DNA of 60,171 nt, the filler included, from Dugesia japonica (lineage: Eukaryota), in assembly GCA_001938525.1 (NCBI GenBank). It is 5 parts of 5 records of this genome, joined end to end, with 100 filler letters (N's around TTAATTAATTAA, not from the genome) between each part and the next. Parts side by side here need not be neighbours in the genome. Positions count along the whole stretch, not along the records: positions 40,224 to 49,665 come from MQRL01568139.1; positions 49,766 to 60,171 come from MQRL01617506.1; 3 more parts are not named here. One strand, written 5' to 3'. The position numbers and the translations under genes are program-made. Positions 49,461-60,171 of this stretch are shown here, one piece after another. Position 1 is the first letter of the stretch, and every line of letters starts with the position of its first letter. The notes under the pieces are model-generated. The model saw nothing but the letters and a program-made list of their open reading frames with translations, had not been told where the DNA came from and made no database searches.

Positions 49461-51284
49461 CATGAATCTAAGTTAAAATTATCCAGTAAACAATACCGCG
49501 TGGAGGGAGTGAGTCAGTATCTAAGTCAGATACGGCCATAGAAATAATGTTGTTTTGTAGGAGTCTGAACCATAGACCAAGATTTACAATTCATTTTTCT
49601 TTAGTCATGCCAGCCGAATTGTGGCGTACCCTTCATTGGATAAAACGACGTCGGCAAACCACCCGNNNNNNNNNNNNNNNNNNNNNNNNNNNNNNNNNNN
49701 NNNNNNNNNTTAATTAATTAANNNNNNNNNNNNNNNNNNNNNNNNNNNNNNNNNNNNNNNNNNNNAAAAAAATAAGAAAGTTTCGAAAAAAACAATTCGG
49801 CCAAAAAAATTGCAGAGAATGAAAAATTATTAATCCTCATAGTTCAAAAAATCATAAATAAATTTTCTGAGAGACGAAGAAATTGTTGGGAGAAAATAAG
49901 AGAAAAAATCAAAAACTGAATCTNNNNNNNNNNNNNNNNNNNNNNNNNNNNNNNNNNNNNNNNNNNNNNNNNNNNNNNNNNNNNNNNNNNNNNNNNNNNN
50001 NNNNNNNNNNNNNNNNNNNNNNNNNNNNNNNNNNNNNNNNNNNNNNNNNNNNNNNNNNNNNNNNNNNNNNNNNNNNNNNNNNNNNNNNNNNNNNNNNNNN
50101 NNNNNNNNNNNNNNNNNNNNNNNNNNNTTTCTTGTAAAATTAATTCCCTTTTATAAACTATTTTAATTTGCATGATTTATTTTATTTAATAAATTAATTG
50201 TTTATTTTATTTTCAATTAATTTATTAATTAGATTGCTATTCTTCGTTTCCAAGCTAAAATTTTATTTATGTATTCCTTTCCATAAAGAATTCATTTAAT
50301 TTATTTCTTGTTTTTAATTATTAATTGAATTTTCTTTATTCTTCGTAATGAATTATTCGATCCAGTTATTATTTGCTTTCGTAGTCTGTCAGTGTCTTTC
50401 TCTGCCAATTTATTCCTGTATTTTTCTTTATTTAATAGCAATATTTTCTATTTCCAAAATTGTTTTTCGTTTCTTAGTTTTTTCATTACTANNNNNNNNN
50501 NNNNNNNNNNNNNNNNNNNNNNNNNNNNNNNNNNNNNNNNNNNNNNNNNNNNNNNNNNNNNNNNNNNNNNNNNNNNNNNNNNNNNNNNNNNNNNNNNNNN
50601 NNNNNNNNNNNNNNNNNNNNNNNNNNNNNNNNNNNNNNNNNNNNNNNNNNNNNNNNNNNNNNNNNNNNNNNNNNNNNNNNNNNNNNNNNNNAAAAATTCA
50701 CGAATTGATGAAATGATACATATAATACACGGTTCTATGAAAATTGCGTACAAGAAAATTGCGCACAATATGAAATTATTATATGAATTTTTATAAAAAT
50801 TAATATATGAATTGAATGTTCATTCTTAAATAATTCATTTTTGAAAAAAAACAAAGTAAAGAAAGAACAAATAAAATAATTGTAATATTAATGCTTCCAA
50901 TTTAAATTCGCACAGGAAAATGGTGAAAACACTACATACTGCCTAATATTTCCCCTCTATATTGAAAATCGACAACTCTATCACTAAAATTAAAAGTTGA
51001 ACAATTGATGAAATTCCTGAATGAATGTTTAGACCAATCTAGATTTAAAAAAACTATAATGCCCAACAACTTCTTAGAACTCCAACTACACTTGCATATT
51101 TTTATTTTTTAAGAAAAAATCACATTCTTCTATTCTACATATCACACTTTTTATTCAATAAAATTTTATTTTTTTATTAATAAATTTGATTCATTAATTA
51201 CATTTCAACTTTTTAATTAAATTTAAATGATAACTGTTTAAAAAATACCTTTTTCTCGAAGTTTTGAAGAAAAGTTCCTAAATT

Positions 51285-51413
51285 GTGAAATATTATGAAA
51301 AATGCGATGACCAAGAGAAAGCGAAATGTAAAAACTGTCCGAAATATTTGAAATGTAGGGGATCATATACCAGCAGTTTAATTAGTCATTTGAAAAATGT
51401 ACATGAAGTTAAT
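51285..51413 (+). pseudogene. BED zinc finger fragment (hAT transposase N-terminus)
   Basis: KYYEKCDDQEKAKCKNCPKYLKCRGSYTSSLISHLKNVH fits the BED C2H2 pattern. Confidence 0.75.
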
Positions 51414-51947
51414 TTTTTTTGAAAATATCAAAAAACTCTTAAAGATTTAGAAAAAACACCAACAGATAAATTACAAAAAAGTACACACAAAAATAAAAAT
51501 TCAACATCTTTTTAATTTAATAATAGTCATTAAGACATTGAAGAAATGCTCTTCACTTTGAATTATTTTCATGTAAAAATATTATTTAAAATATTTTATG
51601 TAAAATATGAATTTATTTTGATAATTTTTAAATAAATTGTTACNATTTAGGTAAAAAGTGAAAATCAAAAATTTTATCAAGTTATTAATTTTGTACATAA
51701 GAAATTTTAAAGACGAACAAATATAGGTAAAACAATTTAAATGAATTAAATAAATTGGTATATAGTATCATATAATAAATTCATATAGTGATCACGATAA
51801 TACAAATTCTATATAATACATATTCTATATTGTATATAATTTATATTGTTCAGGTATTGATTAACAAATATTATCAATACAGTACAAAAAATAAACTACA
51901 AATATGAAATTTATATTTACAAATTATGTCAATTAAAAATATTTCCC

Positions 51948-52967
51948 CTATGATTCTCCATTCAATTTCCCAACTTTCTTATCACGAAACACAGCATAAC
52001 AACAAGCACACAAACTCGAATAATGACAGAACACCGCCAGACACAAAGAGCACACATATCCAACCGACACCAAAGTTCCATGACAGAAACACGAAGCTCT
52101 GAAGTCGATATCGATATTATTCGAATTGTTGATCATCGTCAAGAATTGTCGATCGGTAACATCAGTCAAATAGAGAGTGATGAAGTATTGCAGTAAATCT
52201 CGTATTTTATTGATTGTCAAATAAATCCCATTTGTCATATCTACAGTTTGTCGCAAAATATTCGCTTTGTCAAACTCAAATTCATTAGACAACGGATGAG
52301 AATTATTGTTGTGCATCATCATTGCCGGATTCGAATCGTCTGGGTTTAATATACACACGTCGATACAAATGTTATGTTTCTGTGCTGTGAACACTCCATT
52401 CATCATCGACATGAAACTCGCAGAACTATCCGGTAATCCAGTGCGCACTACGATAAATCTACCGCAAAATAATTCCAACTGATTATTATGAGTTTTGTGA
52501 ATTTTCAGAATTCTTTTGTAATAACAAAGCGATTTAATAAATCCTCCGGAGAGATTTACATAATTAATGAGAGATGCATTACTTTCATTGATTAGTTTGA
52601 AAATATTTTCTCGGATTTTTATTTCAGCAAATTGGATATAGCGATTTTTCGATGAACTGATAGAAATAGGAACATCACATATCATATCAGTGGTGTAGAT
52701 GTATTCGCTTTTCTCTGGGACAATTCCAATTATAGCTAATTCTTTTTTACTGGAAAATGTGAGAAACATACTAGAAAATGCAACAATTGTATCGATATAC
52801 GTCGAAAGAGTATGATCTGAGTGTTTTAACCACCAAGATGGAGTTAAATCCAATATTATACATAATAGTTCGCTTTTAGGATAATTTAACTGAGCACTAC
52901 TTCCAGAAACTCCTAAGAAATTATCGTACTTAACTACTTCAGAATTGGAAATTGATTGTTTATACAT
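51948..52967 (-). CDS. GTF2H3: General transcription factor IIH subunit 3 (p34/Tfb4)
   Basis: LLCIILDLTPSWW, SFMSMMNGVFTAQK..IDVC, ILRQTVDMTNGIY, DFRASCFCHGTLVSVGYVCSLCLAVFC..CACC: vWA-like Tfb4 domain plus C-terminal zinc finger. Confidence 0.95.
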   Translation of the reverse strand: MYKQSISNSEVVKYDNFLGVSGSSAQLNYPKSELLCIILDLTPSWWLKHSDHTLSTYIDTIVAFSSMFLTFSSKKELAIIGIVPEKSEYIYTTDMICDVPISISSSKNRYIQFAEIKIRENIFKLINESNASLINYVNLSGGFIKSLCYYKRILKIHKTHNNQLELFCGRFIVVRTGLPDSSASFMSMMNGVFTAQKHNICIDVCILNPDDSNPAMMMHNNNSHPLSNEFEFDKANILRQTVDMTNGIYLTINKIRDLLQYFITLYLTDVTDRQFLTMINNSNNIDIDFRASCFCHGTLVSVGYVCSLCLAVFCHYSSLCACCYAVFRDKKVGKLNGES

Positions 52968-55099
52968 TTAATAAAAATCCAGTGTATGTTGAACAAAAAT
53001 TTTTTCAAAATCTTCTATTGTTATCGAGTCTTTATTATGATGCTTAGCTTCTTCAATCAATCTTAAAACTAATTCTAAACAAGATTAAATATGTCATTCA
53101 AATTTAGACTGAACCTTCGTTATATGCCTTAATTAATTCTATGGCCAACAAATTTGTATCACCAATAACTAATTTTAGATTTAATAAATTTGTAAAATAA
53201 AACTATATACTTCTAGTTTTATTATCAATAAAAAATGATTTGAATATTTTCGATAAAAGATCGTCCTAAAAAAGAAAAATATTAACTTGTAGAGATTGAA
53301 TTTTAATAACTAAAAATACAAAATTTTGAAAAATAATCAATGAATTTTTAAACAAATATTTAATTGATTAAATTGAAAATGTCATTTATTATAATCAGCT
53401 CAATTTATCTAAATATTTCTCGAAAAATAACTCTAATTCTCTTATATACTTACTGAACTTTTTCTAAAATAAATTAAAATTAATGAAGAAAAAATATTCA
53501 TAATTATTAAATAACCAAATTATTTTAGCATTCAAGATTATTTATATTTTTCTAATTACATTCATATCTTGCTTTACAACCTACATTTGTTCCGGGAAAC
53601 CTGGTTCTAATGTGAAAACCAGTATAAGTAATCAGTTATATTGATACAATCCCATACAAATTTAATAGAATAAACATCTACTTACATGAACATATATCTA
53701 CACTAAAGCTAAACATTTTGAATAGTAAATAAGCGAAATAGTAAGTAAGCAGTAAAATGCGAAAAGACAAATAATGAATGAAGTGTGAATATATTATATA
53801 TTTATTATATATAATGATATTAACATAATGTAATAACATAACTGTTATTGTATATTTCTGTTTTAACAATCAATTTTTAATTTGTACTTCGTGTATATAT
53901 TTTTAAAAATTATATTTTATAGTTTTGTATTTCATGTATTCTAACCAGTATAAGAAACCCGAAATATTTCAAGTTTAAATTTGGAAAATTTCATTTTACA
54001 AATAAAAATACGATATATATATTACGTTCAATTAGAAGAATAAAATATTATTTTATTTTCAATATAAAATATTTTACAATTTAGATTATGCATTTTAGCN
54101 TTAGTTTAAAATTTTTCCACTACATATTTAAATAAGGAAACAAATGTATTAAAGTAATATTTTTTCATTTTTGCATTTACATAGTTGTATAGTTTCCAAG
54201 TAATTTTTGGGTTCATTTAAATACAATGATTATAGTCCATATCTCTGACCATAAAATAATCTGCAAAAATCCTTACAAGCATTTACAAATTCATGTGATA
54301 TAAATATAGAAATATTTCAAATTGTAAGTTAATTTTCTAACTTTAGGGTATTACAGAAACGATTTTGACAATTATATGTTGAGATGGCTTTAGGATTCTT
54401 AACCAATAATATTTAGACAAAAATTTACAAGGCCTGTCTTTATTAATCAATTGCATTTTTACTAATAATAAGAAAATCATTTAACATACATAAAAATAAA
54501 ATCATTTAAATTTATTAAAAAAAATATAAAACTAAAAATGAATTATTGACATAAAAATTAAAATAAATTGTCAGATAAAAATAAACTGTTTAAAGTTTAA
54601 TAAGTGAAAACATACTAAACTTATAATAAATTATTGTATTCTGATTGGCTNNNNNNNNNNNNNNNNNNNNNNNNNNNNNNNNNNNNNNNNNNNNNNNNNN
54701 NNNNNNNNNNNNNNNNNNNNNNNNNNNNNNNNNNNNNNNNATAATACACACCAAACACACACATAGATACACACATTTTTATTATAAATAAGATTAATAA
54801 CTTATTAAACTTTAGTCAGAATAAATTAGTCAGAATAATTGTTAAAGGTTTTCAGATTGATAATTTGCTGAATTGCTGGATTGAATCTATTTGATGGTCC
54901 TTGAATACTGCATATTTTATGCAAATTATATTTGCTATTTGGATTTCTNNNNNNNNNNATCCACAATATCGACATTTTATTGGAACATTTTGAGTGTATC
55001 AGGCCGAAATGTAAATTACTATATAAGGCGGTAAAGTTTTGCTTTGGTTTGAATGAACATTTCTAAAATTAAGAGAAAATAAACTACATTTATGAGATT

Positions 55100-57561
55100 A
55101 GTTAGAAAATAGTGATTATTTTGTCAGTTTAATTGAAATTATACAAAATATATTATTCTTAAATAAATCTTTAATATTAATTTCGAGTCTTTTTACTAGC
55201 GACCACACCAAAATTATTGCATTAACAAGAGCGAAACTCGAAGAAAAGCAAAAGATTTTTCAAATTTGCCTCAAAAAACTAAAGAAATGTTAATTCTGAA
55301 ATAAAGTTTTTTGGCGGTCTCAATCAAGATGCCGAAGAATGGATGCACACAACAAAAGATTTTGTGACATTCATTCAAATGGAATTTGCTTTCGCATTAG
55401 ATATACTGTTAAGAGATGATGCGAAACAGTTGTGAGAGAATATCATGTATTTATGAAGAAGAGCAAAGTGTGAATGAGATTTATAATTTAGACGAAATTC
55501 ATGATATCGATGATAGTGAAATGGAAAGAAACTTCTATTAACTCCCTGTAGTTATCTCGTTGGTGGAGTTGAGTCAATGAAAATCCTATTAATAAGAAAA
55601 GAGGAAGTTGAGCTGAATGATAAAGAATTTATAATGTTTCAGAAAATAGACGGACGGCAATGGAGTATTATGAATTGTAATGGATGTGGAAATGTTGTGG
55701 GATTTTGGAGCATCAATAACAGTGATAAAAGAATAAAATGTGATTCGAATTGGTGCACCTAGTACGTTAAAGTCAGAAATTAGATTGTCAAGTGTTTTTT
55801 CTTCAAAACATGAATCATGTCTTGGTAAGATATTTGTACAGATTGTATGGAAAAAGAAACGTTTGATGAAAATAAATTTTGGTTGTTAAAAGTATTTCTC
55901 CTAGTTTCATTGGAGGAATTGATATGATGAAATTACGTGGAGTATTCTTGGCCGAAGTAAAATTGATTGATTCTTCTGAAGTAAATAAAACATATATGGA
56001 TTGTAATCGTGTTAAAACGGCATTAAATTATGTTGCTAATAGAACTCCATTTATTGAAAAGCTTATTAAAAAATATGGATCGATTTTTATGGTATCCAAA
56101 TTTGATTTAGGAATTAATTCATTAATTAAGCATCAAATTAATACAAAAGGACCTCTTCTAATTTCTCAGAATTCAAGAAGACAACCAATGTACTTCAAAT
56201 AAAAAGTTGATAAATTAATTGAAAAGAGCCCATGAAATTCTCCTTTAGTGATAGTACCAAAAAAGATGATACTATCCGAATGTGTTTGGGTTTTTGACGA
56301 GAGAATGAAGTAAATGAAAAATTTTCATTTCCCGTACCTGACATAAGCACACTTTTGGATACCTTAAATAAATCGACTACCTTTTCATCTATAGATTTAT
56401 GACAAGCTTATTATCAAGTTGTGTTAGATGAAGATTCACATATGAAAACCGCTTTTCATACGAAAATGGGACAATTCGATTTTAATCGGTTGCCATTTGG
56501 TTTATGTACAGCACCGGCAACTTTTCGGAGTTTAGTGAATTTGATTTTTAAAAAAATACTGTATAAAATTGTAATTGTTTATTTGGGTGACATTTTAGTT
56601 TATGGAAGAACTGTCGATAAACATAATCAAAAATTAGAAAAGGCATTTGAATTAATTAAAGCATCAAGATTAAAAGTTAATCCGGGAAAATGTTTTTAGA
56701 ACTGATAAATTGAATTGTTCTGGGGCACTCAATTAGTCAAATAGAAATTTAAATTAACTATGATAAATTAAAAAAATTACAGAAGCATTAACTCCAGGTT
56801 GTGTTACACAGTTAAGATGAAACAGCAATATCAGATGCTATTAAGAACCATTGGATTTAACGATTTAGAAAGCCACAATCAATCTTATCTGACCGGGGAA
56901 GAGTTTTTGAAGGTAGAAAAATGAACGAGTTATGTGAAAGATTTGAAGTTACACAAGAATTTACTTCACCTTACCAACATCAAGCCAATGGTTAAGCAGA
57001 GAGAGTAATTATAACAGTCAAAAATATGTTAGTCACTTCAATGAATAGTGATAAGAACAATTTTACTTTGGATATATACATTCCAAAGATTGAATTTTCC
57101 ATTAATTTAACATATTAAAGCGTTATTAAGAGATCTTCATTTAAAGTTTTGTATGGACAAAATACACATGCTAATCATGAACAAGTATTCAATGAAACAA
57201 AAGTAGAACTTAAACGAGTTGCGGAAGAATTTAGTAGGTATGAATCAGATACAAGAGGTCAAAGGCAATTTTCAGTTGGTGAAAATGTTCTTGTAAAAAA
57301 AGAACCTCATAATATTCATAAACGTGGAGACAGATATGAAGGTCCGTATTCGATTATTAAGTTCATAAGTCCCCATCAAGTTTCTCCGAATTTTCAAGAT
57401 GAACCAAAATCAAGGCGAATTGAAAGGCTATTACGAGTTTCAATTTAAATGGTGAGGGACGTTAGAAAATAGTGATTATTTAAACAGTCAATTTTGTTTA
57501 AATAATATAAAATATATTATTCTTAAATAAATCTTTAATATTAATGTCGAGTCTTTTTACT
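55100..57561 (+). mobile_element. Internally deleted Ty3/gypsy LTR retrotransposon
   Basis: LTRs 55100-55197 and 57460-57561; TSD AGATT; PBS-like (T)AGCGACC; PPT GGTGAGGGA; RT (KTAFHT..FNRLPFGLCTAPATF..VYLGDILVY); integrase core (SPYQHQANG*AER); GPY motif. RNase H is deleted. Confidence 0.9.
56230..56760 (+). pseudogene. gypsy reverse transcriptase remnant
   Basis: SPLVIVPK, FSSIDL*QAYYQV, PFGL, YLGD (YxDD mutated). Confidence 0.9.
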
Positions 57562-58998
57562 AGATTAAATGGTTATTATTCAAATAAATATTATGCTACT
57601 GTGAGGTATATATGTCACTAACATTAATAACTAAAAACAGTTTCACCGAACAGATGCTGAATGATAAAAAATACAAATAGGATCAAACTCACGACAAACA
57701 GATGCCAAACAGCATTTACTAAACTATGTAACTATATTTACTGAAACTAAATCATTTATTCTAACTTAAATACAAGCATAGTTATTAGATCTTCTCTTCC
57801 AGAAGGTTGTTCCATTATCACTCTTTCACAAAATCTATATTAGAATTTTATAATTTTAATACTAACCATCTCATGAAATTATCAACTCGTCACGCAAGCT
57901 TCCGTGGAAAAATCATCTTATTACCAGTTTCACGAAATCAGTTGGCAGATCACGAACATTTTATTGATTTAGAATCAGACCTTACAATATAATTATTCAA
58001 AAAATTAGAAAATTGTCCTGTCATTTTTGGACAATAAAAGTAACTACAATCCAGCAACAAATTTAGAAAATTTTAACCGCAAAAATTAAAATAATCTATC
58101 AGGAAAATTTTAACAGTCGAAACGAGAAAAATATATCTGGAAAACAATTAACCATCGAAAATAATTCCTCTGGAAAAAATGACTGTCCAAATCGAAATAA
58201 TTAACTTAAGAATTAGCAGTCTTGAATACCAACATATTATCAAATTGATACATAAAGTTAAAGCCAAGTCAAATCAAAGTTCGAGCTATCCTCTTCAACA
58301 AATTCTGCTCAAACAGAATAATAGTCGTTCTATCTCATCGATCAAGTCCATTTTTATTTCGAACCAATTAAGAAAATCATTTGTTCTAGAATAGTTATCA
58401 AAGGTATAAAAATTTCATTGTAATTCGTATTAATAACATTTAAAAACATAATTATGCTTAAAAAACTAACTGTCTATGTTCTTTCATTTAGATCTGATTT
58501 AATGAATTTTTTATTTTTGTCACATATTATTAAACATTGTTTTACATAAATTAGTAAAATTTATTATTGTGTTTCATTATTCCTCGTCAGTCGCTATTAC
58601 TATTAAATTTGTCTCGTAAGTGTTACCCCGATTACTATTTTTTAAAACCACGAGTTAGTGTAATTGTGGCCGTTACTAGTAATATTACTGGCAATTATAT
58701 CGTTACTATTATTTTTCCCATTCGTATCGTTGTAAACTCATTACCTTTAATGTCTTCACTAGTATTATTACTAATTATTTTAACAGCAATAATATCACTC
58801 ACGTTAGAAATTTGTCTTCTTACAAGCATTATTATTTCCACTATCCATACGATGATTGTTACTTTGTTATTACTGACATAATTACCGTATAGAGGTTACT
58901 ACCCCTAAGTGTTGCTACTAACATACTCATTGTTAGGTAAATCATCAATTGATAATTCATTTTCNNNNNNNNNNNNNNNNNNNNNNNNNNNNNNNNNN

Positions 58999-60171
58999 TT
59001 CAATATTAAAACAGATATCTTCTAAGCAGGTAGCTTATAATCTCTTTGTTTTCCTTTTAGTTGCTGTTGTCACTACTCTGGTCTTTTGACAAATTTCCCA
59101 ACTACAAAAGTATCTCCTGTATTTGGCTCCACAATTTTTTCCCAATGTATTTATCTCTCATATATTCGTACAACTTTTCAACTACTACATGGCATAATAA
59201 TTTATGTTTTTCTTCTATTGTCTCATGTATTTTGTCATCCGGAATTTTACTTTTCTTGATTATATCATTCTCTGCAGATATGTTTGATTNCTTTTCNTTT
59301 TTCTTTTTCAATTGTGTTCTATACTCTTGTTTTAATCTTTCCTTTCTTAACATCGTCATGTGACATTTGACATTGTACACATACTTCACATCTTCGTCTA
59401 AATAACATATCTGCATTACCATATTGAACTCCTTTTCTTTATTCCAAATCTATGCCTAGACAACTCAGATAATTAATCAATGTCTGGAATTGTGACGTAA
59501 TTAATATTTTTGTCATCTTCATGTTCTAAGAGTAAATCTTCTACCGTACAATTAATGCGCAGAAATAGGCGCAGAAATAATAAACAGCCAATAACTCTTT
59601 TGGTGTAATGCAATATCCATTTTCATGACTCGTCATTGAGTGTGATCCATAGGCAACAACTCTTTCTTTTCCTTCTTTATCTTTCTGTGATAATATTGAT
59701 CNNNNNNNNNNNNNNNNNNNNNNNNNNNNNNNNNNNNNNNNNNNNNNNNNNNNTATGCCTGGAAAACACAATATTAGCACAGTCATTCGAGCTTTCTTCA
59801 AACCCTCAAAAGTATTGTTTATTTCATCTGTCCATTCTAACTTCTTGTTACTTAGTCCGCTACACAATATTTCTAAGATCATTGATTTTCTTGCGTTTCC
59901 TATAAATTTCCGTTAGCAATTACAAATTCCTAAGAAACTTTGTAACTTCTTGACTCAGTTAGGTTTGCCAAATGTTTTTATTGTTTCTATTTTCGACTGA
60001 TCAGTTCCAACACCATCCATGTTGTTCCATTATGTTCCCAAGAAATTTAATTTCTCTGTAAAAGGAACTGACATTTTCCAGATTAATTCTTAAACCAGCT
60101 TTCATTATTTCCGTCAATATTCTGTCAATTACTTTATATTGTTGATCTTTATTGTTCGTAAATATCAGAAT
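58999..60171 (-). mobile_element. Second Ty3/gypsy pol relic (RT end, RNase H, integrase Zn-binding), runs off the window
   Basis: KLQSFLG, LEWTDEINNTFEGLK, ILSQKDKEGKERVVAYGS..YCITPKELLAV, KHKLLCH. Confidence 0.9.

Noticed and set aside
49844-50796. ORF-track entries dominated by X
   Set aside because: Artefacts of N gaps.

Overview
Very AT-rich eukaryotic (animal) genomic DNA. It is most consistent with a triclad planarian; this is inferred from the 5S rRNA-derived sequences, ~48-53 nt introns and the transposon repertoire, and was not verified by search. The window is not one contiguous contig: four identical 100-bp spacers (44 N + TTAATTAATTAA + 44 N) join five pieces. Host genes: (1) a 7-exon, ~1088-aa type I membrane protein (1917-12480, +) whose exons join in consistent phase; (2) an intronless tandem RING/coiled-coil protein (28453-30393, -); (3) TFIIH p34/Tfb4 (51948-52967, -). 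The rest is mostly decayed mobile DNA: hAT, Tc1/mariner (including a plant-type DD39D mariner), pogo/Tigger, piggyBac-like MITEs and two Ty3/gypsy relics, one with ~100-bp LTRs. Three observations stand out. (a) A Polinton/Maverick-like region carries clusters of small ORFs arranged like operons (stop/AATAAA, ~100 nt, 3' splice acceptor, next ORF), including a duplicated Arg-rich micropeptide that differs only at synonymous sites over 19 codons. (b) A dispersed repeat carries minimal type I hammerhead ribozymes, consistent with Penelope-like pLTRs. (c) A 5S rRNA-headed SINE-like family is present in two copies.
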